A stretch of DNA of 63,838 bases, the filler included, from Atractiella rhizophila (lineage: Eukaryota): the NCBI GenBank assembly GCA_021432655.1. It is 10 parts of 10 records of this genome, joined end to end, with 100 filler letters (N's around TTAATTAATTAA, not from the genome) between each part and the next. Parts side by side here need not be neighbours in the genome. Positions count along the whole stretch, not along the records: positions 37,983 to 45,427 come from MU272209.1; positions 45,528 to 52,963 come from MU272210.1; 8 more parts are not named here. One strand, 5' to 3'. Positions 38,424 through 50,648 of the stretch are shown here, piece by piece. Both the position numbers and the translations under genes were made by a program. The notes beneath the pieces were generated by a model, which did no database searches, was not told the DNA's origin, and worked only from the letters and a program-made list of their open reading frames with translations. Each line of letters opens with the position of its first letter. The stretch's first letter is position 1.

Positions 38424-41400
38424 AATAACTCAACTACGATTAACGGGGACAGCAACTTCCATTGAGCGCTGCATGGTGAAGGGATACAGTAAGTTAGCGG
38501 TTTGCACTCTCTGTTTCTGCTGATGCTACTGCTTCTGTTCTGCTCAAAGTGTTGTTAGTAGTTCTCGCGTTTACGACGGTTGAACTTCGTTCCTCACTGG
38601 TTGAAGAAGCCTTACAAATAGTTTGCGTCGGGTTTATGCCTAGCTCTCCACAAACTCTGTCGACTGCTACCTTGCTTTCCTAAGCTATCATCGGGACTAC
38701 TTCCGGAGCTCCTTCTTGGCCTCCTTCTCTCGTCACTGCTGTTATAGGCTTTAAACCAATGCTGAGGAAGCGGTATCAACTTACCAGTAGATTCGATATA
38801 ACTGTCGCATACGTCCCAGAGTTTGCGCTCTCCATAAAAAACACGTACACCGAAGGAATAGTGCTTCTAAATGCTTTTCGTTGCGTTGTTAGATAATCTA
38901 GGATACAATTGCACGTTAGGTAAGTTGTAGTAGCCATTGAGACGATAGTAAACGACACATGAGGTTCCAAGCGTATTTGCGTCTCCAAATTTGCGCTACC
39001 GCACTAACTAATGTGAGTGCTCACGTATCGACCTTCGTGTTCCTCCCGCATTGTTGAAGTCCGTTAGTTATTACTTCTTTTTTGGTAGGTTGGATTGGAC
39101 TAGATTTCTTATAGATGAATGTGGGACTCAATTTTCTTGCTTTCTTGGCCTGTACGTCTAGTTCTATGTTGTGCTAACCAACCTAACTACTTCTTGCTGC
39201 TTTCCTCGTTATTGCATTCATCCCTACTACCGTCGTGACTTCGTGATACGCGAGATACCTCACTTCCATAGTTCTGGACTTCCTTTCCCACTCCTGCTCC
39301 TCCGCTCTCTTGCAGTACAGGCGGCCTAAAACTACTTCAGGTTTAGTAGCTGCTTTAGCTTACTCAATAAAAGCAGAGATGATTCCTACGCTGGCATGAG
39401 GATTAGCTAGCGCTCACGCTGTAGTCTGTTCTATTAATTCCTCCTTGTCTCCTGTCCCTTCTTCTGCGTGCTCCTGGTTCTCCTTGTATATACGACGGTA
39501 CAGGAGAGAGGCGGTTATTAGAGAGCGGGTGAGGAAAGGACGGCGGCGTTAGAAACGTCGCAGTAACAGTACTGGCAATAGAAGCGGTAAGCCCCACGGT
39601 TGCTTCATTCTGTACTATAGCATTTCCAGCCTTATTAGGTGGAAGTGACCCTGCATCGAAAGTTTACGTTCTAACAGTTGTTGGTGTGCTCCATCTCTTA
39701 CTTCTTCGCGTGACTTGGGTACCGTACTATGCACGAGGTATGGTAAGACCCTTTTACCTCCTAAACTCCTGTTGCCTAAACCACGAGTATTCGGCCACCT
39801 TCGCTGGACTGGTAGGTAACGGCAGCTGCAGTTCCTCTATGAATATGACAGGGGCTTTCGTAAAAGTCAAGTGGGGGCACCTCTGCCCATGCCCCTTTGC
39901 TTGGACCATCGAAAGTAGGTCCGGGTATCACCCTCGTTTAAGCTAGTCGAAGAGGTAGAGGAATGTGCATTGGAGCAGTGTGACGTGACCAGGCGGCGAC
40001 TTGAACCACAGGTACTTGTAGAATAACTTGAGACGCTGTAGGTCTAAAAAGTAGAACTAAAAGGGTAGGTTGCGGAGTGAAAGGGGAAGCGGATTCGGTC
40101 CTCTCTATTACTCCAAGAGACAGAACGGGAGCTTTAGCAAACACTACTTTACGTTAGAGCGAGAGACCCTTAAAAAGGTCAGCTTCACCTGTAACTTGAG
40201 GTGTGGTCAGCATGACGGGGAGGTGTCATCGAACAAGAAGCAGAACTCAAAGGTTAGGCCCAGTATTGGTTATATCCATAGCCTTATGACAAGATCACCT
40301 CACTGCTCATATAGCGAGACACGACACCAGAACCGCTTTCATTTGTTGCCCTGCTCCCCTGGGTTAAGACACGGCCGTCGGTACCACTTGGGTACATTAG
40401 GGAAGGTAAGTCCTACAACCGTGTGCAGGTAGCACAAGGATATCAGTATTCGCTTTCTGAACCTTCTGAGAAGCTAACGACCTTGCCTCTCAACACTATC
40501 TCCATGTCTGCCCCACCTAAGTCTTTCCGCGTAGCCCCTCCAACCGCCTGTCCTCAAACGGGTCGCTCTCTTCCTACGTAGCCTTCCACGTTATTTTAGA
40601 CTGCCTGGCTTCAGACCAGGGCTGGTGTTGGTTAGGCAGTGCCTAAGCATTCTCTTCCTCCTTCTACTCTTTGTGAATGTAAGTGGGAGAAACGGATTGA
40701 GGTGTTCGGAGAGAGAGACGAGGGTTGGCTCGCGCTGTCGACCATCCAGGACGGACCAGTCTCACTTCAACTACTTGGGCAGAGGACCAACGGATATTGA
40801 ACGTCCTAGCAGAACGTTAGGGAAGGTAGGGTTGGGGTTAGGAAAGTCGAGGGGGTGCTTGGCGAGTTATTCTGAACAGTTTAGTCAACGCGCGAAGTTT
40901 AGAAAGCGGAGAGGCATTTAGAGACGAAACCGGAGGGGACAAAACTATACCTATCATTTGCATAGTGGTGCAAGTAACCGGTACTGTAACGAGGACACGG
41001 ACTCTAGTAAACCGAGGTTTGGGGTTTTTCCCACGCTCCAGCACGCGATAGACTCACCTTTCCTCCACTCCCTCAAACTGTAACACGAAAACTGTCTTTC
41101 GCTCCTTTGCTAGCATCGGAAAGCCCCCTACTGCGAACACACAGCTGGCTATACGCAGCATCTTCCGGAACATTCTGCTCTCGAAACTGCCCAATCACCT
41201 CCCACCTTCGAAGCCACGCGACAGCTCGTATACCCGGGTAACAAGGACTCGCGCTGCTTACTCCTTTCGCTGTCCCACAAGAACCCTAAGCCAACGCCTT
41301 TGGCCTAGACGGAGGTGAAGACTAAGCCTCGACCCGACCCTCCATCCCCTTTCCATCCTGCCCCCTTCTTGTATTTCCGGTAAGACCACTTTCTTGCCAA

Positions 41401-42014
41401 ATCAGCATAGGTGAAGGAGGAAATGCGGTGGAAAGCTCGGCGATAAGAGTTACAGCTTTAGCTTAAGACAAAGGGGTTGTAGGAGGAGTGGGAGAAGATG
41501 GAGGAGGCTTAGTAGGGTTTGGGAGGGTAGGGGGTAAGGTGGGTGTTAGAAGGGTGGGCTTCGTAGGACTAGGAGGGTAGGAAATGAGTGTGACAATTGG
41601 GTGAGCCTTTTCGAGAAGGGCTTAGGTGGTTGGCGAGGAAGTTGCAATGGCGCGGTGAGCCATATCAACTGTAACAGCTTTAGATATGGACGCCAGAAGT
41701 TGTGCGACACACGACGAACCGCCAACACCCTTCCGTCCTCCTCCTACTTTTGACGCTAGTCCCACGTCTCTTTCTGCTCCTGAAATCCAGCCCACTAGTA
41801 GCTCTAGCTAACCTATGAAACTCTTCCTCATAATACCCAAATAATCCGCAATTACTATGAAAAACTTCCTTTCACCAACAGACCAACAACGTTCCTCCGC
41901 CGACCTTTACGTCCACTCGTCTAAAATCCTTGTTGCTTCTGGTTGTCCCCAAGTCTTCTTACCTATCTTACGATCTGTGTTATGTATTCCGTAACTGCTC
42001 TTCCTTTACCTCAT
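38424..42014. mobile_element. Decayed, TpA-rich repetitive element of unidentified class (copy 1 plus extension)
   Basis: Long protein-like frames on both strands are interrupted by TAG/TAA. 38424-40505 is repeated at 42171-44227. No recognisable TE domain. Confidence 0.55.
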
Positions 42015-42170
42015 NNNNNNNNNNNNNNNNNNNNNNNNNATGTCGGAAGTTTCGTATGCCTGAGCGACAAGATCTTCACTGATCTTCTACCCACACCTTA
42101 ATGTAAGCACAACTCTTGCTTGTGGAACCTTTACAGCTACCGATGGCCCACTCAATTAAAGATGCGAAGG

Positions 42171-44227
42171 AATAACTCAACTACGATTAACGGGGACAGC
42201 AACTTCCATTGAGCGCTGCATGGTGAAGGGATACAGTAAGTTAGCGGTTTGCACTCTCTGTTTCTGCTGATGCTACTGCTTCTGTTCTGCTCAAAGTGTT
42301 GTTAGTAGTTCTCGCGTTTACGACGGTTGAACTTCGTTCCTCACTGGTTGAAGAAGCCTTACAAATGGTTTGCGTCGGGTTTATGCCTAGCTCTCCACAA
42401 ACTCTGTCGACTGCTACCTTGCTTTCCTAAGCTATCATCGGGACTACTTCCGGAGCTCCTTCTTGGCCTCCTTCTCTCGTCACTGCTGTTATAGGCTTTA
42501 AACCAATGCTGAGGAAGCGGTATCAACTTACCAGTAGATTCGATATAACTGTCGCATACGTCCCAGAGTTTGCGCTCTCCATAAAAACACGTACACCGAA
42601 GGAATAGTGCTTCTAAATGCTTTTCGTTGCGTTGTTAGATAATCTAGGATACAATTGCACGTTAGGTAAGTTGTAAAAGTAGGTTGCAAACGTATTTGCG
42701 TCTCCAAATTTGCGCTACCCCACTAACTAATGTGAGTGCTCACGTATCGACCTTCGTGTTCCTCCCGTATTGTTGAAGTCCGTTAGTTATTACTTCTTTT
42801 TGGTAGGTTGGATTGGACTAGATTTCTTATAGATGAATGTGGGACTCAATTTTCTTGCTTTCTTGGCCTGTACGTCTAGTTCTATGTTGTGCTAACCAAC
42901 CTAACTACTTCTTGCTGCTTTCCTCGTTATTGCATTCATCCCTACTACCGTCGTGACTTCGTGATACGCGAGATACCTCACTTCCATAGTTCTGGACTTC
43001 CTTTCCCACTCCTGCTCCTCCGCTCTCTTGCAGTACAGGCGGCCTGAAACTACTTCAGGTTTAGTAGCTGCTTTAGCTTACTCAATAAAAGCAGAGATGA
43101 TTCCTACGCTGGCATGAGGATTAGCTAGCGCTCACGCTGTAGTCTGTTCTATTAATTCCTCCTTGTCTCCTGTCCCTTCTTCTGCGTGCTCCTGGTTCTC
43201 CTTGTATATACGACGGTACAGGAGAGAGGCGGTTATTAGAGAGCGGGTGAGGAAAGGACGGCGGCGTTAGAAACGTCGCAGTAACAGTACTGGCAATAGA
43301 AGCGGTAAGCCCCACGGTTGCTTCATTCTGTACTATAGCATTTCCAGCCTTATTAGGTGGAAGTGACCCTGCATCGAAAGTTTACGTTCTAACAGTTGTT
43401 GGTGTGCTCCATCTCTTACTTCTTCGCGTGACTTGGGTACCGTACTATGCACGAGGTATGGTAAGACCCTTTTACCTCCTAAACTCCTGTTGCCTAAACC
43501 ACGAGTATTCGGCCACCTTCGCTGGACTGGTAGGTAACGGCAGCTGCAGTTCCTCTATGAATATGACAGGGGCTTTCGTAAAAGTCAAGTGCGGCACCTC
43601 TGCCCATGCCCCTTTTGCTTGGACCATCGAAAAGTAGGTCCGGGTATCACCCTCGTTTAAGCTAGTCGAAGAGGTAGAGGAATGTGCATTGGAGCAGTGT
43701 GACGTGACCAGGCGGCGACTTGAACCACAGGTACTTGTAGAATAACTTGAGACGCTGTAGGTCTAAAAAGTAGAAACTAAAAGGGTAGGTTGCGGAGTGA
43801 AAGGGGAAGCGGATTCGGTCCTCTCTATTACTCCAAGAGACAGAACGGGAGCTTTAGCAAACACTACTTTACGTTAGAGCGAGAGAGACCCTTAAAAAGG
43901 TCAGCTTCACCTGTAACTTGAGGTGTGGTCAGCATGACGGGGAGGTGTCATCGAACAAGAAGCAGAACTCAAAGGTTAGGCCCAGTATTGGTTATATCCA
44001 TAGCCTTATGACAAGATCACCTCACTGCTCATATAGCGAGACACGACACCAGAACCGCTTTCATTTGTTGCCCTGCTCCCCTGGGTTAAGACACGGTCGT
44101 CGGTACCACTTGGGTACATTAGGGAAGGTAAGTCCTACAACCGTGTGCAGGTAGCACAAGGATATCAGTATTCGCTTTCTGAACCTTCTGAGAAGCTAAC
44201 GACCTTGCCTCTCAACACTATCTCCAT
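42171..44227. repeat. Second ~2.06-kb direct copy of 38424-40505
   Basis: Near-identical, with a few substitutions, homopolymer differences and one ~27-bp indel. Abuts the EXS gene. Confidence 0.9.
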
Positions 44228-45427
44228 ACACGAGGGCTACGTCCTGGAAGGACATAGGCCATCCATGACCATCTTCCGACAAGATTAAAGATGATCGCAA
44301 AATAGTAGAACTATTAGCACATTAGTCTTAAACAAGAGGTGGAGCTACGACGAACCCAGTATTCCCGATAAGCGAGATCTTTTCGCAGGAATAGATATTT
44401 AGCGTGGGACTGGAATAGCGACCAGTCCATTTTCACATCCCAAGAGTATGTGTAGACGGAATTGACTATGGAAACAGCGATCCAAAGAGGCATCATGTAG
44501 CTTTCCGACGGGGATGGAGATCCATGTATCCGCCAATTAAAATAGCAAAACTGTTGAAAAATACCGCATCCATATTTGCCTGCGTTAACCAAATGCATAC
44601 TACATCAAGGGAATAAGCAATTAGACGACGATATGAAGTAATAACGCACAAATTGTTGTCCGAATCGATGAAACGTCGAAGACTCTGCCCTAATCGGAGG
44701 AAGTTAGCCAGTGCGGCTAGTGCTGGTGTTGTCCAAACATTGGTCGAGCAGGTATGGTCGATATTCAGCCAGTGGTGATGGTATGTGCAAATCAAAAACC
44801 CTGGAGCTCTTTTGAGCATATCTCACAGGCCTGAATAGGTCGTACCGATATTGAACATGGTGTAGTACAAAGAAACAAGTTGGTCACCTGTCTTCTGCCT
44901 CAGCTAACCATCGGTCGGATGGATGGAAGGCTACCTAAGAAGAAATCACGAAACTCAACCGGCAGTAAACCTCCGGTGAGTAGACGTCCCTATCACTCAT
45001 ATCAGGCCACACAGGTAATCAATGTTGCAGGGAAGTGCTCACAAAACTGCGGATAGTCCACCATCGCGCGCTGCGATAAAATACATCGAAAGGGTTGAAT
45101 AAGAGAATGGCAGCGATAACTATCCAGGTCAGAGGGAATACGAATGGGTGGAGATGATCCGGCCAGAAATCGGATATAGCGAGATAGAAGCAGATGGACC
45201 AGAGAAGGAACAAGAAGGCCGGAATTTCGATGAACTCGATATATTCTAGCATGGAGCGTTTGTCAAACTCAAAAATGAAGCCATAATTAATCCGAGCTCG
45301 ATAAAACGCGTAGAGATTAAGGTGAAACAGCATTCCGAAGAGGAGCGGAAGTAATTCCGCCCCAAAGAGCTGCAGGAGCGGTTGCAAGTAGTCGATGTCT
45401 CTCTGAATCTGATCTCCAAAACCTATA
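44228..45427 (-). CDS. SYG1: EXS-domain protein (Syg1/XPR1 family), internal fragment; 3' end replaced by the repeat
   Basis: RARINYGFIFEFD, FYRSARWW, VEFRDFF, DQLVSLYY, RLGQSLRRF, HLVNAGKY, YTYSWDVKMDWSL. Confidence 0.85.
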
Positions 45428-45527
45428 NNNNNNNNNNNNNNNNNNNNNNNNNNNNNNNNNNNNNNNNNNNNTTAATTAATTAANNNNNNNNNNNNNNNNN
45501 NNNNNNNNNNNNNNNNNNNNNNNNNNN

Positions 45528-46069
45528 GGTCTTGGAGTGACCGGCGTTGAGGGAACGTGCTTTTACTATTCCCCGTAGCTGAGGTGACCGTCATCAACAG
45601 GTGTATTTCGCAGGGCTTGCCAAGTTACGATGCAGTTACTACGCGTTAATATCGATTCATTGATGAGCGTCTTGGAGACATTTGTTCATGACCCCCTCGT
45701 GGAATGGACTGAGACTGACAGAAGAAGTAAACGCGTGAGTGGTGTTGCTTGAATTGGACTTGGTGTTCACCACACCAAAGCGTCCTACTGTTCCCAACCC
45801 AGCAGACACTTCAGTCGACCCGCGAGCGCAGGAAGCCCTCAAGGTTTTACAAGAAGTGGAACAGAAGCTTAGCGGCCTCCGAGCGACCTTCAACAGTCCA
45901 TCCACTGGTCGAGTAGTCACAGCAGAGAACCAGGTGGAAAGCCTTATCAGGGAAGCCATGGATGATGGAAACCTCGTAAGTCTCATGGCGAGCCGAGTTC
46001 CCGCGTGCGATCTGTTTTGATGGGAACTTCCAGGGCTCCATGTATGTTGGATGGGCTGCATTTCTTTAG
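45528..46069 (+). CDS. MEC1: ATR/Mec1/Rad3 PIKK kinase, C-terminal end with FATC
   Basis: GVTGVEG|VFRRACQVTMQLLR...LMSVLETFVHDPLVEW; ENQVESLIREAMDDGNL|GSMYVGWAAFL*. Confidence 0.88.
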
Positions 46070-46266
46070 CAAAGGAGCTTCACTCCAGTCCTTTCGTGTC
46101 TCCTCCGCATTATTTTGCTAAAAGTTCAATGCATTTCGTGCTCAATGTGCTGTAGGAAGTAACATGTCGTATGTATCAGAGTTGCAATCTAGGATCACTG
46201 ACAACAGAAGATGAAAGGACAATGAAGTTCTTGCAATGCGGATGAATGGTGTTTAGTTCGAAGTCA

Positions 46267-48947
46267 TCACTTGGGCACGAATGCCCTTCTCCACGACCTC
46301 TCATCGTCGGGTATCCAATCGGGTTGTTGGTATTGAGGTTCTTCTGAACGATACTGCACGTTCGATGGACCATCAGTTGTAGTGCCCGAACTATTTCCTT
46401 TGCTAGCTGGACGGTTCTTGTTCGACGGAAGTTGGGTGCCTGTCCTTTGTGAGCTGAGACCAGGGGCACCAGCAGGGGCAAGACGGCGATCCGAAAAACT
46501 GCTCAATGTGCTCATGGCTGGTGAAGCTGGAAGAGGGACGTTTCTTGGAGACTGTGGCATAGCTGAGCTGACACCTTTGAGACTAGGCGTTCGAGAAGAT
46601 GAATTTGTGTTCGGGGCTCGCGCCGTTCTCGAAGCTACCGCAGTCGCTTGATTAAAGTTCTGTAGATTCAAATCACCATCCGCGTTCGAGATTCCTTTAC
46701 CAGGAGACCGCATTCCGGCGAGAGACAGCACTTCCTCCGGTGAGAGGTTGCCGCTGCCACGATTAATGATAATGACCTGCGAAGTGGGAGCGACAATAGG
46801 TTGAGAGGTCTGCGAGGTAGTATAGGTCTCCCATTGAGTCGGGTTGGAGAATGTTGGCAGGTTTGGAGGGTTAGGAGGGGAAAGTGCTTGCAGAATAGAG
46901 AGAGGAGTCTCCTTCGGTGATGAAGGTTGGGAAGCTGCCCTCATGTAGTCCCGTCTGAGATAATCTGTCGGCTTTTCATCGCTCTCCCCTCCTTTGACAG
47001 AACCTTCAGGAGCAAAGACGGAGGGTTTCTTCCTCTCACTGGCCACCGATTCTAAATCCGAATCTTTCTTCGGCACCTTCATATACTCTCGCTTCAAGTC
47101 AAAGGTGACCTCCTTCTCTGTCTTCTTGTCCTCCTCAACATCGAGACGCTCCCGACCTTCTCCGCCGAACACGCTCGCGGTATCCGAAAACGCATTTTTG
47201 ATGCTGTTAGTGAACGTTTTGGCGATGCTTCCCATTCCCCACCCACCCCCAGAGTTTGTAGGATCCACTTTGGTGTTTGTTTCAACTTCAGTAGGTGCTC
47301 TCGTTGGGGGTTTCGGAGTTTGAACAGGCGAGGGAGGGCTAGAAGCTGGCGCAAGTTTATAGGAGAATCGAAGGGCGATCTGTAACGCCGTCGCCACAAT
47401 ATCGGTAGACGCGTTCTTCTCATCCTGCCAACTATTCAGAGTCAGATCATCGCTCTCACTGACGGAGGTAATGCCTACAGCCTATTCCTCAACTCCATGA
47501 GGAAGACTCCGAGTTTGTTGAACCCTTGCCCGTCCTATGGAGGCGTGAGCTTCCTCGAATATATGTAAGAAAGATGCCAATACCTTTCCGCGACCCCAAT
47601 ATGCATCTTCAGAATCGAATATTAGCTTCTTTCCCAAAGTATCCAACAGCTCCGCTCGCAACTCAGGATCGCCAAACTTGATGGCCAAGCCGCCACGCAT
47701 GATCGCGTCCTGCACAAAGCGCCAATCCGCTCGAGATTTCAATTTAGCTGCCATAGCCCCTGCTTCTCCAGCAGTTCGGCACCTCCGTATGATTTCAGAA
47801 TCCGACTCATCGAGAAATTTGCACGAGTGAAAAAGATGTGTCAGAGTGGGAAACTCTTGACCATGTCCAAGCTGGATCAGAAATGTTAGTAGGTCACACG
47901 CGCTGGATGGAACCGCGTACGTCGATGTCGCAAACGAAGTCATTGCTGAGCTCGAATCGAGGATCAGTCGGATCGTCTGAGAACCAGATCTCGTCGTCGT
48001 CATTGCTCTTTACTGCACTGCCTTTCCCAGCAGCACCTCGACCAGCTGGAAAGAGAGGAGCAGCCCGTTTCCGTGGTTCTCCGATCTCAGTCGGAGGCGC
48101 ACTCCTCAGATCATCCGCCCAATTTGCTTCTGTCCTTGCATACATCGTGCGACCGTCGCTCGAAGGCAAAGGGGGCATGGCAGTGCGGCCATCTGAAGAA
48201 GGAAGGGGAGGCAACTTGAAATCTGGCGAGCTGTATGCAGGAAGGCTTGAACCGCTCCGAGTCGATCGAGGGGCAGGAACCGTGCCTCGACGGGGCATGG
48301 GAGGCATGGAAGGCGGTGGAGGAGGTGCACGCATTGAAGGGGCTCTCCGCTGGGAGGGATTGGATTGGGTCTGAGACTGAGACTGAGATTGAATCCTTTC
48401 GCGTAGATTGCTATAAAGCTCTTCATCGCGATTTAAGCCTACGATTGCAACACAACAGATGAGGGACTGGTGTATGAGAAAGTGGGTGCTACTGACGATT
48501 CTTCAGTTCTTGCAGCCTCGCCGCTGTTTCCTCAGCGCTCCTTCCGTTGTCCCCTCGCAATCCTGCCAGCACATCCTCTACATTATCTCCCTCCCTAAAC
48601 AGGTCCTCTAAGCCATCCATATGATCCATTGTCTGGCTTCGAGGGCTCACTGCCGCTCGATAACCGGAGGGTACGGAGGACGGTGGCGCGGGTTCATAAG
48701 CAAAGACGGGTTCTGGTTTAGGAAGGGGGACGTAGACGTATTCTACTCTGGCGGTTCAGCTCAAGCTCAGGGAGAAAAGGTGAAGCTGACCCGGAGGAGG
48801 AAGCATGACAGGGATGTTCTGCTCGACATCGGGGGCGTAATACTTCTTCGTCTTGAGCGAGAAGAAAGATTTCGAGAATAGTGGCTGACGGCGAACCGCC
48901 TGGACTTGCTCCTGTGAGAAAGAGGGATCGAAGAATTCGAGGGGCAT
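46267..48947 (-). CDS. NADAR/YbiA (DUF1768) domain protein with long low-complexity flanks
   Basis: ELSNDF, EFPTLTHLFHSCKF, RADW...IMRGGLAIKF.DPELRAELLDT, DAYWGRG, NKLGVFLMELR; several introns. Confidence 0.72.
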
Positions 48948-49287
48948 GGTGGATGGACTGGTGGTATGTCGTCGTAAGGTAAAGCTGTAAGGCTGGCGTG
49001 GCAAGGCAAACGGAACAGATTTTTGAGGGTTTGTTGCTTTCAGGGATCGATGTGTTTGGTTGGGCAAAGCTGCAACCAAATGCAGCAAAATGCAACCTTG
49101 TCCAACGTAAGAGAAAGATCGGAGAATTCGGAGATGAGATGAGATGGATGGAAGTCTAACTTTGCTTGCAGCTTTGGCATTGCAAAAGTGAGAATGTTGC
49201 TGGATCCGATAACGACGAACAGGAATGTTATTTCGCGTTGATGGGAGATTGACGTCTGTAATGTTGGGTATGGATTGGGCCTCGAAG

Positions 49288-50502
49288 TTAAAGTTGAATA
49301 ACAGTCTCGAACATTCCCTCTTCCTGCTCTTCCCCTTCTCCCATCTCGTCGTTCCCCTCTTCGACTTCCTCTTCATCTACATCCTCCTCTAGTTCCTGCC
49401 CACTAGCCTCGTGCTTCTCAAACTTTCTAGAAGGGATGACAGCTTCCAGGGCGTGCTTCCAATCCTTTGTCTCCCACCACTTCAGCATGATGGCAAGGAC
49501 CTGGTTAACTGTGAGCACTTTGCGAGTAGTCAGTTGTGGGAGATATTCGCCAATTGGGAGTTGGGCATGTTCAATTTTGAGGTCGTTTGCTTTGTTGAGA
49601 CAGAGGGCCTGGCACTCTGGTTAACGGCAAATGGGCAGCGCGAGGGAAACGCACTTTGTATCGGTTGTGATCCACCAATGCACCAATCACGTATGCTTTG
49701 CCTGGGTCTAGCGTGGTGAGAATATTGGGTGAATCGGCGGTGAGGTAAACGACATCTTGTTGACTGAAGGTAGGTATAGTGGAAAAATTTGACACTTTCA
49801 CGCGGTACTGCCTTCGCTACGTCGTCAGGAGGTTTAGGTTCGCTCGTTGATGGAGCTGGATCCTTCTTCCAGAGCCAGTCTAAGCTTTCTGATGTCCACN
49901 NNNNNNNNNNNNNNNNNNNNNNNNTCGCTCGTTGATGGAGCTGGATCCTTCTTCCAGAGCCAGTCTAAGCTTTCTGATGTCCACTGAAAGCCGTGCCAGC
50001 TTTGATGCTGTCCCCCCAAAGTGCCATTGAGGCGACTAAGTGTACGACCATCCAAGCCAGTGCATATGATTCTGAAAGGCTTCTCCGATGTCCTGGAGTG
50101 ATTATAGCAATAAGACAGTTGCCCTGTCAAGCTAGAAACTTCCTTTCTCTCCATCACGACTACGCTTCGTGCTGAAGCAAGGAAACAACGCACTTTATCA
50201 AGCATCTTATCATCGAATCCCAAATCGAGCACCACCCATACCCCGTTCCATTCCTGGGAGCCAACCTTCCGCTTCTTAGCCTTGGGAGGTAGGACTTCTC
50301 CAGCTTCAAACCGTTTTCGCTTATTCTCTTTCCGACGCGTCTTCTCCAGCGCTCGTTTCTCCTTCTTCCTCGTCTGCCGCAATGCTGCTTTGGCGAGCTT
50401 CTTCCTTGCATTCTTTGATAAGCCAGGATCGGACGGATTGTTTTCCACCACCGAGCCTGTAGCTCCAACGGAGGAGGTTTCAACAGGTGTCAACTCGCTC
50501 AT
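49288..50502 (-). CDS. TRM10: tRNA m1G9 methyltransferase (gap inside)
   Basis: VVLDLGFDDKM, VVYLTADS, YVIGALVDHNRYK, LTVNQV...W..AL..VIPSRK. Confidence 0.92.
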
Positions 50503-50648
50503 TCTTGTTCGTTGAACTAGAACAATGAGGAAGTTGCTGCACTTTAGCTGCTAAGAAGAAGTTTAACAAACTTTTCCAGCCAACGAAAGAAATCCCAGTT
50601 TCGTGTTTCAAATAGAAATTTCAAATTGAAACAGCTCCCCTTTGAGTG

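Noticed and set aside
49839..49984. About 60-bp direct repeat inside TRM10
   Set aside because: The copies flank an N gap; this is an unmerged contig overlap.
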